Assembly (NCBI GenBank): GCA_027623675.1
Contig: JAQBVF010000018.1
Location: 13,356 to 77,355 of the forward strand
Reading direction: 5' to 3'
Source: Chloroflexota bacterium
Lineage (GTDB): Bacteria; Chloroflexota; Dehalococcoidia; Lucifugimonadales; UBA3495
Length of the DNA: 64,000 nucleotides
The translations under genes and the position numbers were made by a program. Each line of letters opens with the position of its first letter. Within the stretch, counting starts at the first letter, position 1. Below are positions 30,463 through 40,807 of this stretch, piece after piece. Under the pieces are notes generated by a model. It ran no database searches. It was not told the origin of the DNA and saw only the letters and a program-made list of their open reading frames with translations.

Positions 30463-31422
30463 GTGGAGGTAGCTACGAGTACCGAAGATGTGAATAACCG
30501 AGCGTATGTGTTCCCTGGACAGGGGTCGCAAAGCGTGGGTATGGGAGCTGAACTCTTCGAATCGTCTCAAGCTGCGCGTGAAACCTTTGAAGAGGCCAAC
30601 GATAGCTTGGGATTCCCGCTCTCGCGTCTGATATTTGAGGGGCCGGCCCAAGAGCTTCAGAACACAGCGAATTCCCAACCGGCGATCATGACCATGAGCA
30701 TCGCCGCTTGGCGGACCTGGCAGGAGATGCAGGGTTCCAAAGCAATGCAAGCCAAGGCGGTCGCGGGCCACAGCCTGGGTGAATACACCTCCCTTGTGGC
30801 GGCTGGCGTCATCGACTTTTCCGATGCCGTTAGGCTGGTCCGCAAGCGGGGCGAACTGATGAACCAGGCCGCGGTCAACCGCCCGGGCGCCATGGCGGCC
30901 ATACTGGGGCTGAACGAGCTGGCCTTTGAGCAGATCTGCGACGAGACCGGCGTGGAACTGGCGAATATAAACACCGATGATCAGATAGTGATCAGCGGTG
31001 ATAAGATTGCGGTAGCACGGGCGATGGACTTGGCCTCGGCCCGCGGCGCTAAGAAGACCATTCCTCTGCCGGTTAGCGGGGCGTTCCATTCCTCGCTGAT
31101 GGAAGAGGCTAAAGAAGGACTGGCCCATGCGGTCAGGTCTCTTGACTTCAAAAACCCCAAGATGCCAGTGGTTGGCAACTGCGATTCCCGGCCGTTGTCC
31201 ACCGGCGATGAGATACGCGCCGAGTTGGTAAATGGCCTCTGCCAGTGTGTCCAGTGGAAAGATTCGGTCCGCCACCTAGTTGGTTCTGGGGTAACCCAGT
31301 TCGTGGAGTTTGGCTCCGGTGGTGTTCTGGCAGGCCTGATTAAAAGAATCGACCGAGGCGTAAAGGTTTCCACCGTGTCAGATACCGCTTCCATGCGGAA
31401 ACTGGCGGAGAGTGGAGATTAG
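30463..31422 (+). CDS. fabD: Malonyl-CoA-ACP transacylase
   Basis: FPGQGSQ, GHSLGEY, VSGAFHS. Confidence 0.95.
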   Translation: MEVATSTEDVNNRAYVFPGQGSQSVGMGAELFESSQAARETFEEANDSLGFPLSRLIFEGPAQELQNTANSQPAIMTMSIAAWRTWQEMQGSKAMQAKAVAGHSLGEYTSLVAAGVIDFSDAVRLVRKRGELMNQAAVNRPGAMAAILGLNELAFEQICDETGVELANINTDDQIVISGDKIAVARAMDLASARGAKKTIPLPVSGAFHSSLMEEAKEGLAHAVRSLDFKNPKMPVVGNCDSRPLSTGDEIRAELVNGLCQCVQWKDSVRHLVGSGVTQFVEFGSGGVLAGLIKRIDRGVKVSTVSDTASMRKLAESGD

Positions 31423-31447
31423 ACCGCTCGGTTTTTGACGGTGACCC

Positions 31448-31912
31448 ATGGATAGGGTTCTATACACTGACCTAAGGCGACAATCACGAACGGCGGCGTT
31501 GCAATCCTTGTTTGCGGCCGATGTGCGGGGTATCTGGGTGGACCCGCCATTGGAATGGCTAGATGAGGACGAAGACCTGCCGGAAGATTCCATAGAGTTC
31601 GCAGAAGACCTGCTGGGCGGCGTTTCTAACAGCCGCCCCGGGTTGGACAATGTGATCACTCGCTACGCTCCGGCGTGGCCGGTGAGCCAATTGTCAGTCA
31701 TTGACCGCAACATCCTACGCATTGCGCTATTTGAACTGATATACACCCCTGCGACACCCAGAAAAACGGCCATCAACGAGGCGGTTGAATTGGCGAAAAT
31801 CTTTGGCAGCGAGAGCTCGGCCAGGTTCATCAACGGAGTCTTAGGCTCCGCCATGTCTGAACTGGAATCGGGCGAGATCGCCACCATTGAGCCGGTGCCC
31901 GAAGGGAGATGA
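31448..31912 (+). CDS. nusB: Transcription antitermination factor NusB
   Basis: [38 protein letters not shown]. Confidence 0.93.
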   Translation: MDRVLYTDLRRQSRTAALQSLFAADVRGIWVDPPLEWLDEDEDLPEDSIEFAEDLLGGVSNSRPGLDNVITRYAPAWPVSQLSVIDRNILRIALFELIYTPATPRKTAINEAVELAKIFGSESSARFINGVLGSAMSELESGEIATIEPVPEGR

Positions 31913-31916
31913 AGGA

Positions 31917-32174
31917 TTGACCACTGTATACGACAGAGTAAAAACCATCGTGGTCGATAAGTTGGGAGTTGACGAGGACGCGGTAACCGAGTCTGCGTCG
32001 TTCGTGGAAAACCTTAATGCAGACTCCCTCGACCTGGTGGAGCTTATAATGGCGTTCGAAGAGGAATTCTCCACAGACGATTCTCAAATGGAGATATCCG
32101 ACGAAGACGCTGCCAAGATAGCGACGGTCAAAGATGCCGTGAATTACCTGAAGGAACACGGTATCAACGACTAG
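31917..32174 (+). CDS. acpP: Acyl carrier protein
   Basis: [22 protein letters not shown] start at 31917 after AAGGA. Confidence 0.95.
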   Translation: MTTVYDRVKTIVVDKLGVDEDAVTESASFVENLNADSLDLVELIMAFEEEFSTDDSQMEISDEDAAKIATVKDAVNYLKEHGIND

Positions 32175-32541
32175 GTTTTTACCGGCCCGGTGCCTGGCTG
32201 TTGGGGATGCGGTGTGGCGGTGGTGGGGCCAAATCTTCGGATCATCACCTCTGAACACGCCTTTTTCCCATTTCCCTCGGCTCGTCTCGATTTTCCTGTT
32301 GCCGGCCGTTCGTTCTATCCGCTGGCAAACTTAACATAACAGGGAAAAATGCTGGTTACTGCTCTTAGATCGGCTGATTGCTAGAGAGATTCCAGAGTAA
32401 AAAGGTATTCGATGCCGTAGTGGACCCCGGCTGAGGTTCACGGTTCCGGCCCGGCATGACGCCATTGGCAGCCCATCTCAATAGTGTGAGGGACCGCTCA
32501 CCCCAGTTGGCTAACTTAGTCTAACCGGGAGGTTTGGATCC

Positions 32542-33345
32542 ATGACTGCGAGTGCGGGGGACGGCGCCTACGCCGATGCGACCTCCGGCATGCCCACTGG
32601 AATGGAAACGCTGGACCAGGTCGCTGCCTTGGTCAGAGGGTGTCAAGGATGCTCGCTGGCCGGAGGCCGCACCAATGCGGTGCCCGGCGAAGGAAATCCG
32701 AAGGCCGATGTTATGTTCATCGGCGAGGGGCCGGGAGCCCAGGAAGACCGGCAGGGACGCCCCTTCGTTGGCCCCGCAGGAAAGCTGCTTGACGGATTGC
32801 TCGCGTCCATGGGCGCCAACCGCCAAGACGTGTTCATCGCCAACATGGTCAAGTGCCGCCCTCCCGGCAACCGCGACCCCGCGCCGGCGGAGCTGGCAGC
32901 CTGCACCAAGTACCTTGACCGGCAGGTAGAGTTGGTCAACCCCAAACTCATCGTTACCCTGGGCCGGTTCGCGTTCAACCGGTACTTCCCCGGCGAGGGC
33001 ATCACCAAGGCTCGCGGGAAGCTGAGGGAGATAGGCGACCGCAAGATTTTCCCTGTGCTGCACCCGGCCGCAGTGTTGCGCCGGGATGAGCTTAGGCCCA
33101 CAATGGTAAAAGACTTCGAAGCGATCGCAGAGATATTGGCGGAGGGGCCAAAGGACACCGAAAAGGGTCCGGGAGGAGTCCAGACCAACCGCGTCATTCC
33201 CGCGACTCCCCAGGCTACCCAGTTGTCTTTGATGGACGCGCCAGATCCGGCCGCCTTTCTGGCGCCGGTGGAAGCGCTGGCCCCCGAGATACCGGCCGAC
33301 GCGAAAGAGGGACCGCTCAGCCCTGAGCAGTTGACCCTCTTTTAG
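32542..33345 (+). CDS. Uracil-DNA glycosylase family 4
   Basis: [29 protein letters not shown]. Confidence 0.9.
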   Translation: MTASAGDGAYADATSGMPTGMETLDQVAALVRGCQGCSLAGGRTNAVPGEGNPKADVMFIGEGPGAQEDRQGRPFVGPAGKLLDGLLASMGANRQDVFIANMVKCRPPGNRDPAPAELAACTKYLDRQVELVNPKLIVTLGRFAFNRYFPGEGITKARGKLREIGDRKIFPVLHPAAVLRRDELRPTMVKDFEAIAEILAEGPKDTEKGPGGVQTNRVIPATPQATQLSLMDAPDPAAFLAPVEALAPEIPADAKEGPLSPEQLTLF

Positions 33346-33447
33346 ATCGCAATAAGAAGCAACCCGGCCCGGTTGGTTGACCTTGGTTTACACCAGAGGT
33401 CCAACCCCGGTTTCTGCCGGGCATTACATATAGGAACGAAAAATACG

Positions 33448-35106
33448 GTGACATCTTCGCTACGCGTAATTCCCCTGGGAGGTCTCGGGGAGATCGGCAA
33501 AAATATGATGGCCCTGGAGTATGAAGACGATATCGTGATCGTCGACTGCGGGGTCCAATTCCCTGATGACGGCATGTTTGGGGTGGACCTGATCATCCCC
33601 GACATCTCCTACCTGATGGACCGGATAGACAAGGTCCGCGCCATCCTCATCACCCACGGTCACGAAGACCACATCGGCGCATTGCCGTTCATCCTGCCCC
33701 AGTTGAAGGTTCCGGTTTACGCCCCGCGCTTGGCCCACGGACTGATCACCGCCAAGTTGAAAGAGCGGCGGGCGGCCCGCTACAGCGTGGTGAACCCCAT
33801 CGACCCCGGCGTGATTCACCACATCGGTGACGCCTTCGAGGTGTCATGGTTCCGGGTGTGTCACAGCATCCCCGACGCCATGGGCATCGCCATCGGGACG
33901 CCGTTGGGCACCGTGATCCACACCGGTGACTTCAAAATTGACCACACCCCGGTGGACGGCCGAATCTTCGACCTGCCCTCCCTGTCCCACTATGGGGACG
34001 ACGGCGTTCTGCTGCTCTGCTCCGACTCGACCTATGCTGAGGTCCCCGGTTATACAACTTCGGAGCGGGTTGTGGGAGAGGCCCTAGACCGGGCCATCGG
34101 AGAGGCGGAAGGGAGGGTAATGGTCGCCACCTTCGCGTCGTTGGTATCCAGGGTCCAACAGGTTGTCGACGCCGCGGTGAAGTACGACCGCAAGGTAAGC
34201 ATCGTTGGCCGAAGCATGGTAGACACCGTGAAAGTGTCCACCGATCTGGGCTACCTGACGCTGCCCCCGGGTGTTCTGGTGCCGCTGGCCGAAACCAGGA
34301 AGCTGCCTCCGGAGAAAGTGGTCCTGATGACCACGGGCAGCCAGGGGGAGCCGACCTCGGCCCTGGTGCGCATCGCCAAGCAAGAGCACCGCGACGTGAA
34401 TATCGTGGCCGGAGACACCGTCATAATCTCGGCCACGCCCATCCCGGGCAACGAACTGCCGGTGAGCCGCACCATCGACAACCTGCTGCGTCAGGGCGCC
34501 AAGGTGCTCTACGACCGCATCGCCACCGTCCATGTGCACGGTCACGCCAGTCAGGAAGAACTCAAGCTGGTCTTGCGCCTGGTGCGGCCTCGCTATTTCG
34601 TGCCGGTCCATGGTGAATTCCGGCATCTTACCGCCCATGCCCAACTAGCCTGGGACCTGGATGTGGCCAAAGACGGCATATTCGTCTTGGAAGACGGCGA
34701 TGTGCTGGAGTTGTCGGAGAGCGGCGGCAAGATGGGCGAACGCGTCTCGGCCGGTCCGATCTACGTGGACGGTCTGACCACCCGGGACACCCAGAGCCCG
34801 GTCCTCAGCCAGCGGCGCACCCTCTCCCAGGATGGAGTGGTCGTTGTGGTGGCGACCAAAGACAAGAAGCAAGGCGTGCTGTTGGGCCAGCCGACGGCGG
34901 TAACCAGCGGATTTTTGGATGACTCGGAAACGGGCACTCTCTTAGATGACTTGTGCGCGGCGGTGGCCAAGGAATTGAACGCCAGCGACATCAGTCACGA
35001 GGGAATCGACGATTTAAAGGCAAAAGTCAGAGAAACTGCCCGAAGCTTCATAGCTGGCGCCGCGCGGCGTTCACCTATGATAATCCCAGTGGTTTTGGAG
35101 GTTTAG
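33448..35106 (+). CDS. rnj: Ribonuclease J
   Basis: PLGGLGEIGKN, THGHEDHIG, HSIPD, HTGDFK, GSQGEP, PVHGE; GTG start near 33448. Confidence 0.93.
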   Translation: MTSSLRVIPLGGLGEIGKNMMALEYEDDIVIVDCGVQFPDDGMFGVDLIIPDISYLMDRIDKVRAILITHGHEDHIGALPFILPQLKVPVYAPRLAHGLITAKLKERRAARYSVVNPIDPGVIHHIGDAFEVSWFRVCHSIPDAMGIAIGTPLGTVIHTGDFKIDHTPVDGRIFDLPSLSHYGDDGVLLLCSDSTYAEVPGYTTSERVVGEALDRAIGEAEGRVMVATFASLVSRVQQVVDAAVKYDRKVSIVGRSMVDTVKVSTDLGYLTLPPGVLVPLAETRKLPPEKVVLMTTGSQGEPTSALVRIAKQEHRDVNIVAGDTVIISATPIPGNELPVSRTIDNLLRQGAKVLYDRIATVHVHGHASQEELKLVLRLVRPRYFVPVHGEFRHLTAHAQLAWDLDVAKDGIFVLEDGDVLELSESGGKMGERVSAGPIYVDGLTTRDTQSPVLSQRRTLSQDGVVVVVATKDKKQGVLLGQPTAVTSGFLDDSETGTLLDDLCAAVAKELNASDISHEGIDDLKAKVRETARSFIAGAARRSPMIIPVVLEV

Positions 35107-35157
35107 TCCAGCCACTCGCCGGATACCGGCCAAAGTAACTGCCACTGGAGGGATATA

Positions 35158-37530
35158 GTGGCCAGTTCAGTTGGGAGGAAGCGGCGCGATGCCGCTTCGC
35201 CATCGATAAAGGAAGTCGTTAAAGGAACCCCCGGGTCGCTCATAGACGCCCTGGTAGTCTTAGCTATCGGTTTGTCTGTCGGGCTCTACTTCGGTTTCTC
35301 TGCTGACGCGCGTGAATGGGCCATCGAAGCCCTTGGATACGGCTGGGTTCCCGTTGGCCTCTGGATCGCCGTAACCATCGCCACGCTCCGCTATAGCCGC
35401 CGCACCCTCTTCAGCCATTGGCGACATTGGACCGTGGCCGCCGCATTGACCGCCATGTCCATCGGCGTGCTGTCCACCATATTCCCCCCGGACGGAGCTC
35501 TTGAATACGTGAGCCTTGGAGGAAGGTGGGGCGCCGTCCTGGGCGGGACCCCCGTGATATTGGCCGTTCTCAAGATTTCAGGAATGGCCCTGATACTGCC
35601 CCTCGTAATCAGACCCAAGAGGGCTGGCTGGCTCTATTTCCGGTACGCCAGGAAGGGGCTTCTCTGGTTCCAGCTAGGTCTCATTTCTCTCTACATCGGC
35701 GCCTCCCACACCGCCAGGTTCTTGGACCGCCGGTTTCGTGTCTTGCGCTACGGCGTGCTCCGCCACAGCAAGGGCCGGTCACTGTTGAAGCTGCTGATTC
35801 TCGGCCCATCAAAGTCACCCGTGCGCACAAAAGCCTTTCAGGGAGACCTGGATGAAGACCTTAAGAGCCTAGAGTCCGGTCTTGGATCTCGCCGGCAGAC
35901 CAACGCGGCAGATGATTTTGGGTTGATGGGCGCTGACAGCGATGACGAAGACCGGTGGGCCATGCCATCGTCGGGCCTGATACCCACCTGGGACTCGGAC
36001 GAACCCGCCCCGCGGAACTCCCCTGGGGCATCCAGGGCCATCGCCGCCGGAAAAGGCGCGGTGAGCGGGGCTGCCGCCGATGCCGGACCAGTGAGGAAAG
36101 GCAAGGGGGGTTGGCAGGTACCCTCGGTGGACCTGCTGTCGCCGCCCGACACCCATCATGCTCCCGAAGCGGCCCTTCAAGAGATGGCGCGTCTGGTGGA
36201 GACCACCCTGGGCGACCATGGTGTCAGGGTCGAGGTCACCGACATTAAGGCCGGGCCCAGGATCGTGCGCTTCGGCCTGGTTCCCGGATGGGTCTCCAGG
36301 CGTGGGGACGGCGCCCGCGCCGCCATCGGCCTGGACAAGGACAACTCCGACCCATCGGCCCTGGAACGCAGCCGGGTGAAAGTCCAGAGCATCCTGATCC
36401 GCGAGAAGGACATGGCCCTAGCCCTGAAGACCCCCTATCTGAGGATCGAGGCGCCGGTGCCCGGAGAGGCTCTGGTGGGTCTGGAAGTGCCCAGTCCCTC
36501 GCCCAGCAAGGTCCACCTGCGAGAGGTTATGGAAACCTCCGCCTTCGCCAGGATAGCGGCCAAGGGCGGCCTGCCCATCGCCTTGGGCCAGGACACTGGG
36601 GGCAGCTCGGTGGTGCTGGACCTGGCATCGCTGCCACACATGCTGATCGCTGGCGCCACCGGCAGCGGCAAGAGTGTCTGCATCAACTCCATCGTGGCGT
36701 CGTTCCTGCTGACCAAGACGCCAGACCAGTTGCGCATACTCATGGTGGACCCCAAACGGGTGGAGCTGACGCCATTCAACGGCATCCCCCATCTCATCGG
36801 CCCGGTGATCGTTGACGCCCATGAAGTCAACACCGCCCTGCGCGGCTTGATCCGGGAGATGCTGGCACGCTACAAGTTGATGGAGGAAACCGGCGCCCGG
36901 AACATCGACGGCTACAACAAACGGGCCAAAGACAAGATGCCCTTCCTGGTGTTGATCGTCGACGAGCTGGCCGACCTGATGATGGTTGGCGGGTTCGAGG
37001 TGGAGCAGAACCTGGTGCGGCTGGCCCAACTGGGGCGGGCCACCGGGATCCACCTGGTGCTGGCCACCCAGCGGCCCTCGGTGAATGTGGTGACCGGGCT
37101 GCTCAAGGCGAATATACCCGCCCGAGCCGCCTTTGCCGTGGCCTCCCAGGTTGATTCCAGGGTAATCCTGGACGCCATCGGGGCGGAGAAGTTGTTGGGC
37201 AAGGGCGATATGCTCCTGCTGCACAACGAGTCTCCCAAGCCCAGCCGCGTCCAAGGCACCCTGGTTTACGATCAGGAGATCGACCACATGGTGGAGTTCT
37301 GGTTGAGTCAGGAAGGCCCTCCGGTGCCGGCCATCGACTTGGGTGAGCCTGATGTGGGGGAGGACGGGGATGGCGTGGACGCCCGCATCATGGAGGAAGC
37401 CAGAGAGTTGGCAGCCCGAAACCCTCAGTTGACCTCGTCATACCTGGAGCGGCGCCTGAAGATCGGTTCACGCAAAGCCGAAGAGGTGATGGAGACTCTG
37501 GAGGAAGAAGGGTTCTTCGATCCCCGCTAA
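35158..37530 (+). CDS. ftsK: FtsK/SpoIIIE DNA translocase
   Basis: N-terminal TM region, PHMLIAGATGSGKS, DPKRVEL, VDELADLM, ATQRPS, GAEKLLGKGDML, short gamma-like C-terminus. Confidence 0.92.
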   Translation: MASSVGRKRRDAASPSIKEVVKGTPGSLIDALVVLAIGLSVGLYFGFSADAREWAIEALGYGWVPVGLWIAVTIATLRYSRRTLFSHWRHWTVAAALTAMSIGVLSTIFPPDGALEYVSLGGRWGAVLGGTPVILAVLKISGMALILPLVIRPKRAGWLYFRYARKGLLWFQLGLISLYIGASHTARFLDRRFRVLRYGVLRHSKGRSLLKLLILGPSKSPVRTKAFQGDLDEDLKSLESGLGSRRQTNAADDFGLMGADSDDEDRWAMPSSGLIPTWDSDEPAPRNSPGASRAIAAGKGAVSGAAADAGPVRKGKGGWQVPSVDLLSPPDTHHAPEAALQEMARLVETTLGDHGVRVEVTDIKAGPRIVRFGLVPGWVSRRGDGARAAIGLDKDNSDPSALERSRVKVQSILIREKDMALALKTPYLRIEAPVPGEALVGLEVPSPSPSKVHLREVMETSAFARIAAKGGLPIALGQDTGGSSVVLDLASLPHMLIAGATGSGKSVCINSIVASFLLTKTPDQLRILMVDPKRVELTPFNGIPHLIGPVIVDAHEVNTALRGLIREMLARYKLMEETGARNIDGYNKRAKDKMPFLVLIVDELADLMMVGGFEVEQNLVRLAQLGRATGIHLVLATQRPSVNVVTGLLKANIPARAAFAVASQVDSRVILDAIGAEKLLGKGDMLLLHNESPKPSRVQGTLVYDQEIDHMVEFWLSQEGPPVPAIDLGEPDVGEDGDGVDARIMEEARELAARNPQLTSSYLERRLKIGSRKAEEVMETLEEEGFFDPR

Positions 37531-37704
37531 CCAGCCGTGTGCGCTTCAGTCCGGAAAGTTACCAGGTCAAAACGGCGAGTCACAACACTCGCCGTTTTCT
37601 TTTTGGCCTAATCTTGGCGGGCTAATTTCACGGGGCATTTTTAATAAAAGCCCCGGTTTGCTATCATTGCCCCATCTTGAGAATCCACATTCGCGAATCA
37701 ACCA

Positions 37705-38343
37705 TTGCTGATTGACCTTCACACCCATAGTTACCCCCACTCTGACGATAGTTTCATGAGCGTGGACGAATTGATCGAAGGCTCCAAGTCGCTGGGATTG
37801 GACGGCATCTGTCTCACCGACCACGACAATTTCTGGACCGATGAAGAGGTCGATAGTCTTTCCCGCAAGCACGATTTCCTGGTGATTCCAGGATGTGAGA
37901 TTAATACGGACGCCGGCCACGTATTAGTATTTGGACTAACCGGTTATACCTTTGGCATGCACAAGCCCGAGGTCCTGCGGGAATACGTAGAACGGGCGGG
38001 GGGCGCCATGATCGCGGCGCATCCCTACCGCCGGCGCTTCCTGGAGGAACCGGCCGAGAAGCCGGGAGCCAGGGACGAGATGCTGGAACGGGCCGGCGGG
38101 GACGAGTTCTTCCAGATGTGCCAGGGCATTGAGGCGCTGAATGGCCGGGGGTTGGAGATTCAGAACCGGTTTTCATTGGACCTGTGCGGACGTATGAGTG
38201 TGAACATGACAGCCGGCAGCGACGCGCACAAGGTGGAACAGATCGGGACGGTTGCCACCGAATTCGAGAGGCCGGTATCGTGCCTGAAAGAGTTGATCAA
38301 GGAGCTGCGGGATGGCCGTTACCGCCCCGTGGACCTGCGTTAG
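37705..38343 (+). CDS. PHP domain metal-dependent phosphoesterase
   Basis: DLHTHS, TDHD, AAHP, GSDAH. Confidence 0.85.
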   Translation: MLIDLHTHSYPHSDDSFMSVDELIEGSKSLGLDGICLTDHDNFWTDEEVDSLSRKHDFLVIPGCEINTDAGHVLVFGLTGYTFGMHKPEVLREYVERAGGAMIAAHPYRRRFLEEPAEKPGARDEMLERAGGDEFFQMCQGIEALNGRGLEIQNRFSLDLCGRMSVNMTAGSDAHKVEQIGTVATEFERPVSCLKELIKELRDGRYRPVDLR

Positions 38344-38407
38344 CCATAAGACGAGACATTTGCCATATCGCCGGAGAGGGCCGGTCCGGATACTTTGACG
38401 GGAAGGA

Positions 38408-39403
38408 TTGGCGTATATGACCGAACTGCTAAAGATAGAAGACCTCACCGTGAGCTTCCGCACCTCCGCGGGTCGTGTGAAAGCCCTGAACAATGTGGAC
38501 GTCACCCTGGACGAGGGCGAGGTGTACTGCATGGTTGGGGAGAGCGGCGCTGGCAAGAGCACGCTGGCCCTGGCCGTGATGGGACTATTGCCGCAGAACT
38601 CCGAGGTCTCCGACGGCCGGATCATGTACAAAGATATCGACCTGCTGCGGGCCGGCCCGGAACAGATGCGTGACCTGAGGGGCAGAGAGATATCGCTGGT
38701 TTTCCAGGATGCTCAAGCGGCCCTGAATCCCATCGAGTCCATCGGCCCTCAGCTGGAAGAGGTCATATTGGAGCACAGCGACATCTCGCTCCGGGTCGCC
38801 AACAGCATGGCCCAAGACATCCTCTACGAGATGGGTCTGCCCGACCCCAAACGGATCATGGGCCAGTATCCCTTCGCCCTCAGCGGAGGCATGTGCCAGC
38901 GGGTGATGATGGCCATGGCTCTGGTGCTGCGCCCCAAATTATTGATCGCCGACGAACCGACTTCGGGCCTGGACGTCACCATTCAAGCCGAGATATTGCA
39001 CCGCCTCAAGGACCTGGTAAAGGAACAGAACTCCTCGATCCTGCTCATCACCCACGACATGGGAGTGGTGGCGGCCATGGCCAACAAGGTGGGGGTGATC
39101 TATGCGGGCACCGTGGTGGAGAACGCCGACGCGGTGCCTCTGTTCCGACGGCCACGGCACCCGTACACCTGGTCGCTGCTGCAAGCCCTGCCGCGTATCG
39201 ACGACCCTGGCCGGAGGATCGAGCCGATGCCGGGCAACCCTCCCGACCTGATCAACCTCCCGGATGAGTGTCCCTTTGTGCCCCGGTGCTTCAAGGCCCA
39301 GAGCCAATGCCGGGAGCAACCGAAGCCGGAGTTTCGGGAGATCGAAGGTCGGCATTTCGTCGCCTGCTACAACCCGGTGGAGCCGCCGGCGCTGGAGGAC
39401 TAG
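38408..39403 (+). CDS. Oligopeptide/dipeptide ABC transporter ATP-binding subunit (OppD/DppD-like)
   Basis: GESGAGKS, LSGGMCQR, ADEPT, ITHD, HPYT, C-terminal CPF..RC Cys motif. Confidence 0.9.
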   Translation: MAYMTELLKIEDLTVSFRTSAGRVKALNNVDVTLDEGEVYCMVGESGAGKSTLALAVMGLLPQNSEVSDGRIMYKDIDLLRAGPEQMRDLRGREISLVFQDAQAALNPIESIGPQLEEVILEHSDISLRVANSMAQDILYEMGLPDPKRIMGQYPFALSGGMCQRVMMAMALVLRPKLLIADEPTSGLDVTIQAEILHRLKDLVKEQNSSILLITHDMGVVAAMANKVGVIYAGTVVENADAVPLFRRPRHPYTWSLLQALPRIDDPGRRIEPMPGNPPDLINLPDECPFVPRCFKAQSQCREQPKPEFREIEGRHFVACYNPVEPPALED

Positions 39404-39532
39404 CGGTCAGCTATCGGCGCGCAACAGCACGTGAGCTTGGCGTAGGAGCCGGAAGACTCGAAGCGGGATTTCCGTCATCGGACAAGCGGGGTGGGGCGCC
39501 GGAGGTAATCGAGTTAAGGCCCCGCCTGGAGC

Positions 39533-40558
39533 TCAGCCCGGACCGGCCACGCTGTCGCCGGCCAGCAGTTCTAGGGCGAGGTCGGGGGCGAGCTTGCCCC
39601 GTTTGATGGCGAGGTCAGTCTCCAGGAGCCGGTTATAGCGCGTGATGATATCCGGCATGGGATGACGCCGGGCCTGCTCCGTGGTTTTCCGCACCACGAA
39701 ATCTGAGGTCGTGCCCAGGCGGCCCCGCATCTCGCTCTGCGGCAGACCTCGGTCGATGGAGTCTCTAGCCAGGGCCAGCAGGCGCAACTGGCGTTCGACC
39801 ATGCCGATGATCTGGGAAGCATCCTGGCCGTCTTCCTTCAGCCGGTGGAGCAGCCGCAAGGCTACGCCGGGCCGCCCGTCGATCATGGCGTCGATGGCGG
39901 CGAAGATGCTGGCCTCACGCACCTGAGAGACCATCTCGTTCACATCCGATTCCTCTATCTGCCGTCCGGCGCAATATAGGGACAGCTTTTCCAATTCTTG
40001 GGTCAGGGTCCAGAGGTCGCTGCCAACCAGGTCGGTGATCGACCGGATGGCCGCCGGGCTGATAAACGCCCCCCTTTCCTCAGCAGCAGACTTAACCCAG
40101 CGGGCCAGTTCTTCACCTTTTGGCGCGGGCAAATCCTCGTCGTTGGCCAGGGGTTTCAGCATCCGCAGCATGGGGTTGGTGGCTTTGATGACGCCGTCAG
40201 TGAAAACCAGAACGGTGGTATCCGGCATCTGGGGGATGGCGTCGCCCAGGGCCTTCCACTGGCTGGCAACGCTTGTTTCCTTGGTAGAACCGCCGGTAGC
40301 CCCGCCGGCAGGCCCACGACGGGCGCTTCGGCCTTTGGGTTCCGCGGTGCCCAGCAGACCTTCGACGATCACCAGGCGGTAATCGTCCATGAAAGGCAGG
40401 GCGTTGCACATGCTGAGGAGTTCGCCGGGTTTGGTCTGCGACCCGATCATGCGGTGCCGGTTGGCGTCCAGCACATCCGCGGCCCCCGACTCGACGATCA
40501 ACTCGCTCAGCCGTTGGGGCACCAGGAAACTGTCGCCGTGGAGGAGATGTACTGGCAT
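39533..40558 (-). CDS. holA: DNA polymerase III delta subunit
   Basis: LLHGD, ALPFMDDYRLVIV, ELEKLSLY, IFAAIDA, ETDLAIKRG. Confidence 0.88.
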   Translation of the reverse strand: MPVHLLHGDSFLVPQRLSELIVESGAADVLDANRHRMIGSQTKPGELLSMCNALPFMDDYRLVIVEGLLGTAEPKGRSARRGPAGGATGGSTKETSVASQWKALGDAIPQMPDTTVLVFTDGVIKATNPMLRMLKPLANDEDLPAPKGEELARWVKSAAEERGAFISPAAIRSITDLVGSDLWTLTQELEKLSLYCAGRQIEESDVNEMVSQVREASIFAAIDAMIDGRPGVALRLLHRLKEDGQDASQIIGMVERQLRLLALARDSIDRGLPQSEMRGRLGTTSDFVVRKTTEQARRHPMPDIITRYNRLLETDLAIKRGKLAPDLALELLAGDSVAGPG

Positions 40559-40807
40559 AGGGCCTCCGCGAGAAGGGGTGCGTGGTCCGGTTATCCGGAT
40601 TGGCTGGCCGGGCGGCCTGAATTATATCACCGGCCGATCTGGCCTTCGCACGGATCGGGGCGGGGCCATTGTCAGTAGCAAGGGTGGCTGCCGTTCCGGT
40701 GGCGGGAGGGCTGGCGGCGTGGCTGGCTGTGCGGTTTGTTGTGTGGTTTAATGATGCGAGCTTCAGATAAGAAGAATCAAAATCTCCGATGTTATGAGAA
40801 GTCACAG

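Noticed and set aside
32412..32457. Riboswitch or ncRNA upstream of udg
   Set aside because: ATGCCG/CGGCAT and GTGGACC/GGTTCAC stems exist but are short, match no family I know, and are plausible by chance at this GC content.
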